Assembly: GCF_006345805.1 (NCBI RefSeq)
Contig: NC_043003.1
Coordinates: 22,072,001 to 22,136,000 of the forward strand
DNA: 64,000 nucleotides
Origin: Octopus sinensis
Taxonomy: Eukaryota
Direction: 5' to 3'
Shown here: piece after piece, positions 50,390-62,215 of the stretch
Layout of the letters: each line of letters opens with the position of its first letter
Numbering within the stretch: the stretch's first letter is position 1
The notes under the pieces: model-generated
Told to the model about the DNA's origin: nothing
The model's input: only the letters and a program-made list of their open reading frames with translations
Databases searched by the model: none
Made by a program: the position numbers and the translations under genes

Positions 50390-51513
50390 TCTGAACAGCA
50401 GAACAGTAATGACGAACTAGTAGATAGGAGATGGATGAGGGAGATGTATGATATTGGGAAGGTTGCAGGAGTAGGTGAGGAAGAGAGAGGTAGACATAGT
50501 GCATGAGGAGGATGAGAGACACACGGTGACAGAGGGTGGCTAGTTATTGTCTCAGGAGGTGGGTGAACAATGGAAGTGACAGGGGGAAGGCATTAGCCCC
50601 AGTTGTCTAGCAGTGGGATTGAACCTAGAACCATGTTGCTGCAAAATAAACTTCTTAACCACATGGTTATGCATGCTGTTATATATAATTAAATTCAAAT
50701 GTTAAATGTTTATTAAAATTTGCATTCTCTCTCCTAGTTGTTGTTGTTGTTGTTGTTACTTAGCTTCTGGTCAGCCCTGATTGAACAGATCTATGACCAA
50801 AGGCATTCTCCTTATAACCATTCCATCTGTTTGTATAACAGGGTCTATATCATCCAAAATAGCTTTCATCATCATATCACACACACACGTACTTGTAGTC
50901 ATCATCATCATCTAATGTCCATATTTCCATACTGACATGTGTTGGATAGTTTGACAGGATTTGATGAACCCAAGGGTCTGCATTATGCTCCAGGGTCTTC
51001 TTTGGCATGGTTTCTATGACTAGATGTTCTTCCTAGCATCAACCATTTTACAACATGTACTGGGTGCATTTTTTTGTGCCATTAACACTAGTGAGGTCAT
51101 CAGGTGGTTTGCAAGACTACAAATTAAAAACCCAGATGGGAGCAACTTTATGCTAGGAGACGAGATGAAAAAGATGGGCAACAGTATGAGATAAGGGATC
51201 AAGTCAGAACAGGTTTCTTGCTGTAGAGGAGCTACACATTTTAGAAGAGAAGGTGTGAGTGATAAACTGGAATAAGAGAGCAATGAAGGGATAGGGAGTA
51301 ATAGATGAGTGAGTTCTGAGCAGCAGAACAGTAATGACGAACTAGTAGATAGGAGAAGGATGAGGGAGATGTATGATATTGGGTAGGTTGTAGGAGTAGG
51401 TGAGGAAGAGAGGGGTAGACATAGTGCATGAGGAGGATGAGAGACATATGGGGACAGAGGAGGCTTGTTATTGTCTCAGGAGGTCGGTGAACAATGGAAG
51501 TGGCAGGAGGGAA
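50390..51513 (+). repeat. Purine-rich ~200-bp direct repeat pair (50390-50588 and 51315-51513)
   Basis: Direct alignment, about 90% identical, 925 bp apart. Confidence 0.9.
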
Positions 51514-51611
51514 ATCAGTATTAATGCTTTAGTATTCAGATTTCTATGAAAAAAAAAATGAAATGTCTCTTTATTCACATTGATTTGAATTAGTCATGCA
51601 TTACCTTGTAG

Positions 51612-51850
51612 CAGTGAGTGCGTGGCTTAGTGGTTAGGGTGTCAGCATCATGATTGTAAGATTGTGGTTTCGATCCCTGGACCAGGCGACGTGTTGTGTT
51701 CTTGAGCAAAACACTTCATTTCATGTTGCTCCAGTCCACTCAGCTGGCAAAAATGAGTAACGCTGCGATGGACTGGCATCCCGTCCAGCTGAGGAACACA
51801 TACGCTATTGAAACTGGGCCCAAGAGCCTGGCCAGGCTTTAAAAGGGCGC
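51612..51850 (+). mobile_element. CORE-type SINE inside a split piggyBac-like MITE
   Basis: A box TGGCTTAGTGG, B box GTTTCGATCCC, CORE-like TGTGTTCTTGAGCAAAACACTTCA. Confidence 0.85.
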
Positions 51851-51854
51851 ATTT

Positions 51855-52175
51855 GGAGGTGCAATGGCCCAGTGGTTAGGGCAGTGGACTCGCGGTTGGA
51901 GGATCGCGGTTGGAGGATCGCGGTTTCGATTCCCAGACCGGGTATTGTGTGTGTTTATTGAGCGAAAACACCTAAAAGCTCCACAAGGCTCTGACAGGGG
52001 GTGGTGGCGACCTCTGTTGTACTCTTTCGCCACAACTCACTCTCTCTTCCTGTTTCTTGAATAACACTGCAATGGACTGGCGTCCCGTCCAGCTGGAGGG
52101 AACACATACACTACAGAAACCAGGAAACCAGGCCCATGAGCCTGGCTAGGCTTGAAAAGGGCAACGTTTATCGTT
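51855..52175 (+). mobile_element. tRNA-derived SINE sharing its 3' part with the preceding copy; 14-bp duplication in the head
   Basis: A box TGGCCCAGTGG, B box GTTTCGATTCC, GTTGGAGGATCGCG x2; 3' GCAATGGACTGGCGTCCCGTCCAGCTG...GAGCCTGGCTAGGCTT. Confidence 0.8.
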
Positions 52176-52583
52176 TTTTTCTTTTTTAATGTGAGAGGCC
52201 AGATCTGGCTGGTTTGAAAATAGAACAGGTTATTTTGGCTGGATATGGCCAGTTTTAATACTAATGAGTTAATGAATGAAGGATGGATAGCGAGTGGTAT
52301 CAAGAAAGAGCTGCCGTTAAGACAGTTGAGTGTGATCTGACTGCTATCTCTAGCCATTTATGAGACTGCACTGAGGCTCTGTATTCAAGAGTCATCTAGT
52401 TGTTTGTTTAACCAAACTATCCTGTATTTACATGACCAACTTATTTTCCAGTTCTTCAACTCAATTCAAAGTGAAATAAATCATCTTTCTTGTTGTTAAT
52501 CTGGTTAATCTCATTATCGGTCATATTGCCTTTGCTAAATTGTATTTTTTAAGTTGTGTATGTTGTTGTTTTTGTTGCTGTAG

Positions 52584-52970
52584 TCGTCGTCGTCCTCCTC
52601 CTCCGGCTCCTCTCCTCCACCACCACTACCATCTCCTCCTCCTCCACCACTACCACCACCTCCTCCTCCACCACTACCACCTCCTCCTCCTCCGGCTCCT
52701 TCTCTTCTGGCTCCTTCTCCTCCGGCTCCTCTTCCTCTCCTCCACCACCACCTCTTCCTCTACCACTACCACCACCTCCACCTCCTCCTCTACCACTACC
52801 ACCACCTCCACCTCCTCCTCTACCACTACCACCACCTCCCCCTCCTCCTCTACCACCACCTCCTCCTCCACCTCCTTCTTGCCGCTGCTCCTGCTGCTCT
52901 TCTTTTTCTTCTTTTTCTTCTTCTTCTTGCCCCCCACCTCCACCTCCTCCTTCTCTGCCTCCACATTAAC
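52584..52970. repeat. (CCA/CCT/CTT)n low-complexity tract with a 30-bp unit repeated three times
   Basis: CCACCACCTCCACCTCCTCCTCTACCACTA repeats at about 52770-52860. Confidence 0.85.
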
Positions 52971-53410
52971 ATCAATGCATCACAGCAACTATACATCAAC
53001 ATCAACCTTCCTGTCCCCACCTTCTCCCTAGTACTTGACTGGTACTTATACATTATCAACTCCCCCCCTTTCTTCCTTCCTCTAACCCCCCAATCACCCC
53101 CCATTCACACAGAAGTGATGAATGGCAAAACTAATCTCAGTGTATCCTTAACACAGAACATTAAAAAGAAAGATAAAACAAGCCATAGACTAAAATACAG
53201 TGAGGCAATTTGTTTGACTCATTTATAATTCTACCAATCCTGCCGCAAATCTGTCCCTCTGAAAATACTATAAGGAGCTTCAGTTAATGATAACTCTTTT
53301 TGTCGTTTATCTTTTACTTGATTTAATTATTGGATTGTGGTCATATTGGTGCACCACCTTGAAGGGTTTAGGTAAGCAAATCACCTCTAGTATTTACTTA
53401 TCCTGGTGCC

Positions 53411-53695
53411 AGGTCGTTGCCAGTGCCGCTGGACTGGCTCCTGTGCAGGTGGCATGTAAAAAACACCATTTGAGTGTGGCTGTTGCCAGTATCACCTGAC
53501 TGGCTCTCGTGCCGGTGGCACATAAAAGCACCCACTACACTCTCGGAGTGGTTGGCGTCAGAAAGGGCATCTAGCTGTTGAAGCTCTGCCAGATCAGACT
53601 GGAGCCTGGTGCAGCCATCTGGTTCACCAGGCCTCAGTCAAATCGTCCAACCCATGCTAGCATGGAAAGCAGACGTTAAACGATGATGATGATCA
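53411..53695 (+). mobile_element. Family R SINE-like repeat, 5'-truncated
   Basis: Two internal units, core and (GAT)n tail. Confidence 0.85.
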
Positions 53696-54022
53696 GTCTC
53701 TTTTGCCAAACCACTAAGTTGTGGGAATGTAAATAAACCAAAACCTGTGGCCAAACACTGAGTGGGGATAAACACAAACATGCATATAAACACACACACA
53801 CACACACACACACACAATGAGCCTCCACACAGTTTCCACGTACCAAATTCACTCACGCAGTGTTGGTTGGCTCAGGCCTATAAGAGAAAATACTTTCCCA
53901 AGGTACCACACAGTGGGACAAACCTCAAACAACATGGTTGCAAAGCAAGTTTTTTAACCAGAATGGTAAAATGTGAAAAAGCACCATATCTGACCAGTGT
54001 TTCCCACTATCAGATTCCAAAG

Positions 54023-55256
54023 CATGTGTTTCTGGTGTGTGTGTGTGTGTGGCATGCATTTCTGGCGTGCATTTCTGGCATGTGTTTCTGGTATGCATTT
54101 CTGGAGTGCGTTTCTGGCATGTGTTTCTGGTGTTCATTTCCAGCATGCATTTCTGGCATGTGTTTCTGGTGTGCATTTCTGGCATGTGTTTCTGGTATGC
54201 ATTTCTGGTGTGCATTTCTGGCATGTGTTTCTGGTGTTCATTTCCAGCATGCATTTCTGGCATGTGTTTTCTGGTGTGCATTTCTGGCATGTGTTTCTGG
54301 TATGCATTTCTGGAGTGCGTTTCTGGCATGTGTTTCTGGTGTGCATTTCTGGCATGTATTTCTGGTATGCATTTCTGGTGTGCATTTCTGGCATGTATTT
54401 CTGGTATGCATTTCTGGTGTGCATTTCTGGCATGTGTTTCTGGCGTGCATTTCTGGCATGTGTTCTGGTGTTCATTTCCAGCATGCATTTCTGGCATGTG
54501 TTTCTGGTGTGCATTTCTGGCATGTGTTTCTGGTATGCATTTCTGGTGTGCATTTCTGGCATGTGTTTCTGGTGTTCATTTCCAGCATGCATTTCTGGCA
54601 TGTGTTTCTGGTGTGCATTTCTGGCATGTGTTTCTGGTATGCATTTCTGGAGTGCGTTTCTGGCATGTGTTTCTGGTGTTCATTTCCAGCATGCATTTCT
54701 GGCATGTGTTTCTGGCGTGCATTTCTGGCATGTGTTCTGGCATGCATTTCTGGCATGTATTTCTGGTATGCATTTCTGGAGTGCGTTTCTGGCATGTGTT
54801 CTGGTGTTCATTTCAGCATGCATTTCTGGCATGTGTTTCTGGCGTGCATTTCTGGCATGTGTTTCTGGTATGCATTTCTGGTGTGCGTTTCTGGCATGTG
54901 TTTCTGGTATGCATTTCTGGTGTGCATTTCTGGCATGTATTTCTGGTATGCATTTCTGGAGTGCGTTTCTGGCATGTGTTTCTGGTATGCATTTCTGGAG
55001 TGCGTTTCTGGCATGTGTTTCTGGTGTTCATTTCCAGCATGCATTTCTGGCATGTGTTTCTGGCGTGCATTTCTGGCATGTGTTTCTGGTATGCATTTCT
55101 GGTGTGCGTTTCTGGCATGTGTTTCTGGTGTTCATTTCCAGCATGCATTTCTGGCATGTGTTTCTGGCGTGCATTTCTGGCATGTGTTTCTGGTATGCAT
55201 TTCTGGAGTGCGTTTCTGGCATGTGTTTCTGGTGTTCATTTCCAGCATGCATTTCT
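54023..55256. repeat. 13-bp variant-unit minisatellite (about 93 units) with 8-unit (104-bp) higher-order repeat
   Basis: Units CATGTGTTTCTGG, TATGCATTTCTGG, TGTGCATTTCTGG, AGTGCGTTTCTGG, CGTGCATTTCTGG, TGTTCATTTCCAG and CATGCATTTCTGG in a recurring order. Confidence 0.95.
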
Positions 55257-55644
55257 TTAATGGTGCAATAGTGCAAATCAATCACCGGCATTGACTGCTT
55301 TTTAGTTAAAGCTATGACTTTGAATCTGCCAAGGGTTAACCCTCTTCAGTTTTCTAATTGAGGAAGACTAAAATGCCAGAAATGCATGTCTGTGAATCAT
55401 GTCTGTGAAGCACTAGGCATATATTATGTTTTTACATCTTTTTCCATAAGAGAGGTTTTTTTTCCTCCACAGTAACTGAAGTGAATTTGCCTGTAGAGTT
55501 TTAAAATATGTCCAAACCATATTTTGACTAACTCGGTGGAGATGAATAAATTATTGAAAACGAACACTTAGTTATTGCCTGGTTTTATAATATCAAGAAA
55601 ATAAATGTGAGTATATATAGACAATGAGAGAATTTGGTCCACTC

Positions 55645-55703
<59 letters not shown>

Positions 55704-56496
55704 ACTCTTTTCTTCTCGTGTGGTATGTAGTAAAATTATACTCCATAATATAAGATGTGAATCTGCTTCTGAACTAAAATTTTTATGAGTGTAAAGAACG
55801 TTGGCACATCTCTTATCAGCAGAGGCAGATAGAAATGTGCAGATGACGCCTGCCATAAATTCTGTTTTGCAGCAGTTGGAAAATGGGTTTTTATCCTGAT
55901 CAAAGCATCAAAGTAAAGAAAGTCAAGGAAAGACAAAAGATTTTGCCTTGAGAATGAAAGAAAGATGCAAATCTTGAAATTTTTACCCAGCGTAAACTGT
56001 TGCTCATTGGATTTAATTCTTCCTTGCAACAAATACACATCTTTGAGAAAGATATACACAGCACAAACAGCAAGGTACACATTAAAAATGCTTACATGAA
56101 ATTTTTTAAAATTCAATGAGTGGACTGTAAATGTGGAGGCTGTACAGATATGTTCTGTGAAAAACCAGAGAGCCAGAACACAACTTCTGTGTATACAAAT
56201 AAAGTGCTGAAGTGGAACAGTTAGCAATCTTGTGATTTTATATAGAAGGCTTTCAACATTCCACTACCTACAAAAGAAGCTTACTACATGCACACACACA
56301 CACACACACCACACACACACACACACACATACCCTGGTTGCATTTGGAGTTGATGTGGAGTGAAACAGGTTGTCTTAGCGGTGGTGTATATGTGTATGTG
56401 TGTGTCTGTGTTTGAGTGTGTAGAAATATATATTTATTTATATATGTATATGTATCTCTCTCTTTCTCTTTCTCTCTATGTATATATATATATATA

Positions 56497-57392
56497 TAGG
56501 GTGCGGTGAATAAATTATCATCTAAATTATGCAAAAATGAAAATAACACTGACCTCTCCTTTTAACAGACATATTTACCAAAATTACATAAAAATATCTT
56601 GAAATACTAAACAGTAAACTTATTCAATAAAATCGCCGTTTGCTTCAACCATGGCCTCCAGACGACTTTGAAATTTCCTGCAGCTCTTCTATGTGATCTC
56701 CTTGTTTAAGTTGGTGAATGCTGCCATAATCCTTGCCTTCAGTTCATCTTTGGTGTACAAAGAGTTTTGTTGGTCTCTCGCTCAACTGCACCCAACACAC
56801 AATAATGAAGGTGTTTGCAGTCTGGGGAGTTAGATGGCCAGATGTTAGGGGTGATGTGGTCATAGAAATTGTCTACTAAGACTGGATTCTACTGCTTGTG
56901 TGGCATGGTGCTGAGTCCTGTTGCTGGGCACAGGGTCTTCCAGCAGCCACCCTCTTGACCCAGGGCAGCACTACCTCCTCCAGGCACTTAATGTAAGCCT
57001 CTATATTGAGTCTGAGATCATGTGGGAAGATGACTGGAGGTATAATGTTGCTATCACTAGTGATCACTCTAAACACCCTGATGTTGACTGGGTGTTTGAT
57101 TTTTATCACTCTCAGCACATGTCCTCAGATTGACACCCAAACACTCTGAAATGTTCATATTGGAGCTTCCGGCATGAATGCCAAGCAGTACGGCATGTAA
57201 TCTCGAAATTTCTGGCAGAGTGAATTGCATCAGGGTGCTGTTTTTCTCACAGGCCCTACTAAACTGACCCTGCTATACTGTGTAGTCAACAGCTAACCCT
57301 AATATACTGTGCAGTCAACAAATTCAAAAACAATCAACGTGCATGCGCAAAATTAATAACAAAAATGGCGACAATTTACCCATTGCACCCTG
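56497..57392 (-). mobile_element. Internally deleted Tc1/mariner (maT/DD37D-like) DNA transposon
   Basis: TA-flanked imperfect TIRs AGGGTGCGGTGAATAAATT / AATTTACCCATTGCACCCTG. The minus-strand peptide KHPVNIRVFRVITSD...KCLEEVVLPWVKRVAAGRP..QQDSAPCHTS...PNIWPSNSPDC...GAVERET is the transposase catalytic C-terminus. Confidence 0.85.
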
Positions 57393-57511
57393 TATATATT
57401 CTTTTATTCTTTTTACTTGTTTCAGTCATATGACTGTAGCCATGCTGGAGCACCATCTTTATATATATATATATATATATATATAATTATAATAATAATA
57501 ATAATAATAAT

Positions 57512-57963
57512 ATGACTGTCCCAATCGATATAAACGTATCTGTCAAGACCTACCAGAAACTGAGCAAATATAAAGATCTGGAAATAGAAATCAGCAAAAT
57601 GTGGAACCTGAAGTCTAAAACAATACCTGTTGTCATAGGTGCCCTGGGAATGATAGCAAAAGGGGCTGATTGCTACCTAACTCAGATACCAGGAAACCCC
57701 AAAATGGCAGAAATTCAAATGATAGTGCTCATGGGAACTGCTCATATCCTACGCAAAATACTTTCTATGTAATCTCAAGTTTTAAAACAAACATAATTTT
57801 CATATGGTTCTTTAGGCATTCACTAGTACAACACTAAGTACAAAACCAAATATATGGCACCCTAGGCATAACACCAACATGAACTTCCAACTTGTTGTCT
57901 CTTGAGGTCTCTGGGTGAGACTTGGAGCCAGCTTGTGCAAATGTAAAGCAAAAGTCAAACATA

Positions 57964-58024
<61 letters not shown>
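57512..58024 (+). mobile_element. 5'-truncated R4/Dong-like RLE non-LTR retrotransposon sitting in a (TAA)n tract
   Basis: Peptide VPIDINVSVKTYQKLSKYKDLEIEISKMWNLKSKTIPVVIGALG...GTAHILRKILSM* matches the RLE C-terminus (K..KY.DL..EI..MW...IPIVIGALG). A 3' UTR and (AAT)20 tail follow, and (AAT)n also precedes the element. Confidence 0.8.
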
Positions 58025-58025
<1 letters not shown>

Positions 58026-58104
58026 GGGAATATAATTCCAAACTTACAGGGAAAAATTCAATTAAACAATTGTAAATCAAATTTCACAATATAATATATA
58101 TATA

Positions 58105-58332
58105 TATAATTTAGAGAAAAACCTCTATTAAGCAATTTAATAGTGAAAGACTTTATTCACACCATATAGAAAAAATTAAATGTACTATAAAAAACATTAT
58201 TCTAAAAATTGTTCATGTACTTTATTGATTTTTAGAATAATGTTTTTTGTAGTATATTTAATTTTTTTATATATGGTGTGAATAACATCTTTCACTATGG
58301 AATTGCTTAAGAGAGGTTTTTCTCTAAATTAT

Positions 58333-58335
<3 letters not shown>
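58105..58335. repeat. Long hairpin: ~105-bp inverted arms, 18-nt loop
   Basis: 58105-58209 versus the reverse complement of 58228-58335: about 10 differences; flanked by TA repeats. Confidence 0.95.
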
Positions 58336-58377
<42 letters not shown>

Positions 58378-58382
58378 ATATA

Positions 58383-58429
<47 letters not shown>

Positions 58430-58494
58430 ATGTGCAAATATGTATATATATGTGTGTATATATATATATATGTTTATATATATATATGTATGTA

Positions 58495-58850
58495 CCTTCA
58501 GACAAGTTCACATATGGGCTAAAGAACACCTCTATGCTAAAGCTAGTTGTCAAAAGACACCAAGACATCCAAGTTTCCAATAAGGCTACAGAAAGAGACA
58601 TTGGGAACTTGAGAATAAAAGAAGCTATTTAAATTAAGAAGTACAACTCACAAACTAATAACAGATCTGAACTGCACACAACTTGTTGAATACCATAGCA
58701 ATGTAAAACAACCCTTCTTATACATACTCTAGCAAGCAGAGAAATCAGCTGTCAACACCTCCTTGAATTTCTTGAAGAAGGGCTCCTAAGCTTGAAATAT
58801 TGATATACCAGGTACAAAAGGAAAACATGAACATGTATCATTAAATTGTT
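58495..58850 (+). mobile_element. Probable Penelope-like element 3' end (GIY-YIG C-terminus and terminal segment)
   Basis: ATERDIGNLRIKEAI*IKKYNSQTNNR resembles PLE L.IKEAI.I...KP.INNR; downstream TGAAGAAGGGCT..AGCTTGAAA resembles a PLE terminal motif. Confidence 0.5.
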
Positions 58851-59547
58851 ATAACTTCCATTGTTATGGCTTTAGAAAAAAACTACTTAAAACATTTATA
58901 TATATCAGACAATGCTTCATGAAAACTATGTTCGTGTATGTTAGTGTCTCCTTGTCTTCACATTGCATGATAGTTGTAAACAAACAATGCTGTTTCTAAT
59001 CTTTTGTGGAAACATTTCTGCCCTTGGGAAAATATTACTTTACTTGGGAACAAGTGTGGGTCGGTAACAATAATATATTTACCTCAACAAATTCTTTCTC
59101 AAACATTAAAACATTGAAAAGTGAATGTTAAAATGATAACGATGGTAATGCATACACACATACATAAATACATGCATACATACATACATGCATACATAAA
59201 TACATGCATACATACATTCATACATATACATATATACATGGAGAACGGACGTTAAACGATACATGCACTCACATATACACACATACATACATACATACAT
59301 ACATGCATACACACACATACACATACATAAATGCATAAACATACATACTTACATATATACATACGATGGACTCTCCTGCCACTGCCAGCAGGTGAGGTTT
59401 ACACAATTTCTTGCTGAGGAACCTGCACAGATGGTTCGTTTATTGTAACCAAATGTTCAGGGTGTACGTTTGCTCATTCATCCATCAAATTGTCATTACC
59501 TGTAAAGGTGCAAGGTGTGACCCACATTAGATGTCAAATTGATCAAA

Positions 59548-60036
59548 TCATCATCATCATCATTATATAATGTCTGCTTTCCATGCTAGCATGGGTTGGA
59601 CGATTTGACTGAGGTCTGGCAAACCAGATGGCTGCACCAGGCTCCAATCTGATCTGACAGAGTTTCTACAGCTGGATGCCCTTCCTAATGCCAACTACTC
59701 TGAGAGTGTAGTGGGTGCTTTTACATGCCACCGGAACGAGGGCCAGTCAGGCAGTACTGGCAATGGCCATGCTCAAATGGTGCTTTTTATGTGCCACCTG
59801 CACAGGAGCCAGTCCAGCAGCACTGGCAACAACCTCGCTCAAATGTTTTTGCACGTGCCACCAGCAGAAGTGCCAATAAGGCGACACAGGTAACGATGAC
59901 GCTCAAATGGTGCTTTTTACGTGCCCCCGGCTCAGAAGCCAGTTCGTTGCTCTGGCAACGATCATGCTTGGATGGTGCTCTTAGCACTCCACTGGCACGG
60001 ATGCCAGTCATCGAATTTGATTTCGATGTCAATTGA
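59548..60036 (-). mobile_element. Family R SINE-like repeat, antisense, five internal units
   Basis: Reverse complement of most of 18240-18703. Confidence 0.85.
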
Positions 60037-60139
60037 AATGAAAGGTTTCACTCAAGAAATCAATACACCACTGGTTCAGGAATCGAAACCCTGATCTTGT
60101 GATCATGAGTGCAACCACCGGGCCACATGTCTTCATACC

Positions 60140-60282
60140 CTACCCCGCCCACACACTAATGTGTGTGTGTGTGTGTGTGTAGGTTATATAAATATATATC
60201 TTGTATAGCACTTTTAGAGGTGCTAGGAAATAGGCATATAAACAATATGTAGGGTATACGAGTGTGTGTGAGTGTATGTATG

Positions 60283-60326
<44 letters not shown>

Positions 60327-60800
60327 CATACACACACACATATATATATATACACACACACCCACACATACATATATGCATTTAAATATTATATATAAAT
60401 AGATAGATTATATATAAATACACACAGACTGACAGACAGACAGACAGACAGACAGACATGATAGACAGGTAGGTAGATAGACAGGCAGGTAGATAGACGG
60501 ACATAGATATAGATAGATACATACATACATACAAATATGCATACATACATGCATACATACATACATACATACATACACACAAAGCTAGCAAGCTAGCTAG
60601 ATAGGTAGGTAGGTTGGTAGGTAGGTAGGTAGGTAGGTAGGTAGGTAGGTAGGTAGGTAGGTAGGTAGATAGATAGATAGATAGATAGATAGACAGATAG
60701 ACAGATAGACAGACAGATAGATAGTTAGATAGACAGATAGACAGATAGATAGTTAGATAGATAGATTAATAGATAAATAGATAAATAGATATAGGTAGAG
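60140..60800. repeat. Compound microsatellite block (TG, TA, CA, GACA, TACA, TAGG, TAGA)
   Basis: Directly visible. Other microsatellites include 20-87 (GT/GA), 35907-35955 (TA), 50226-50294 (CT/CA), 55647-55699 (CT), 59145-59365 (TACA) and 62385-62520 (CATA/GATA). Confidence 0.95.
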
Positions 60801-61803
60801 ACTCACATATATTATGTTTGTATGTATCTTTATGTTTGTGCATGCTCCCAATTAATACCCACCCAATTTCATCTCCACAAAAGAAGGTCTATAAGTTATT
60901 ACACATCCTTATGCACCTTTTCTTTATTTACTCCAAGTTTAGTAAACAAACCAAGAACCAGTCTATCTTGAACTCAGGCAACAATATATTCAGTGAAGTT
61001 TTGTATATTAAAGCATATTTTAACTGAACCCTAATTAACACAGAATGCAATGAATTTAGGTCAGATGTCTCTTTGTATTTCAATGGAAAAGTTTCTCAAT
61101 GTGACTGGTTAAGATACAGTTGTCTGGTTAAGAAGCTTGCTTTGCAACTCTATGGTCTCAGGTTCTGTCCCACTACAGTGCGCTTTAGGCATGTGTCTTT
61201 TACAACACCCTCATATCGATCAATGCTTTGTGAGTGAATCTGGTACACAGAAACTGTATGGGAAGCTGCTATATATATATATATATATATATATACATAC
61301 ATACGTACGTATGTATGTATGTATGTATGTATGTATGTATGTATGTATATAAGAATTAATGCATAATGAGATTAAAAAAATCAAGGCTGTATAGATATTA
61401 GAGCATTTATAAATAGAAGGTCTTACAGCTGTTTCTAGGATATTAATTAATAATATCCCTTTGTCGGAGATGGTGTGAGAGGAAAAATTAAGTCATAGTT
61501 AGTTTCGATGTGATACAAATAGAGAGTGAGGTGGAGGAAAGAAAATAGATGTAAGATATGTGTGGGTATTGAATTCGTAAATCCGTTTTATAGGCATAAT
61601 GGTATATATGCAATATTCCAATATCCTTTGAGTAAAATCCAAAAGTCTGTATGTATATATGTATGTATGTTTGTATGTATGTATGTATGTATGTATGTAT
61701 ACAGGGTGTTCATAAATTACCTTTACAATTTGAAAAATTCTGAAGGAAATGAAAAATAAGGAAAACTCAACAGAGTTTATTGGAAAACTTCAGCAAACAA
61801 ATA

Positions 61804-62215
61804 GGTGCAGGAGTGGCTGTGTGGTAAGTAGCTTGCTTACCAACCACATAGTTCCGGGTTCAGTCCCACTGCATGGCAGCTTGGGCAAGTGTCTTCTACT
61901 ATAGCTTAAATCCGACCAAAGCCTTGTGAGTGGATTTGATAGATGGAAACTGAAAGAAGCCCGTCCTATATATATATATATATATATATATGTAAATATA
62001 TGTGTGTGTGTGTTTGTGTGTCTGTGTTTGTCCCCCCAACATCGCTTGACAACCGATGCTGGTATGTTTACATCCCTGTAAGTTAGCGGTTTGGCAAAAG
62101 AGCCCGATAGAATAAGTACTAGGCTAACAATGAATAAGTCCTGGGGTTGATTTTCTTGACTAAAGGCGGTGCTCCAGCATGGCTGCATTCAAATGATGGA
62201 AACAAGTAAAAGAGT
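61804..62215 (+). mobile_element. Family A SINE, full length, 9-bp TSD
   Basis: TSD AAACAAATA at 61795-61803 and 62216-62224; homologous to 45484-45891. Confidence 0.9.

Noticed and set aside
52540-53104. Poly-Pro (formin FH1-like), poly-Ser/Thr and poly-Glu ORFs; an acceptor-like ttgctgtAG at 52583
   Set aside because: Trinucleotide low-complexity DNA is open in most frames. No flanking FH2 or other domain exon and no convincing donor were found.
53762-55294. 510-, 424- and 407-aa Cys/Trp/Phe-rich ORFs on + and several MPEMH-repeat ORFs on -
   Set aside because: They are translations of the 13-bp minisatellite, whose units lack stop codons. All three frames give the same peptide pattern, and single-base unit indels switch between them, which is not how a real CDS behaves.
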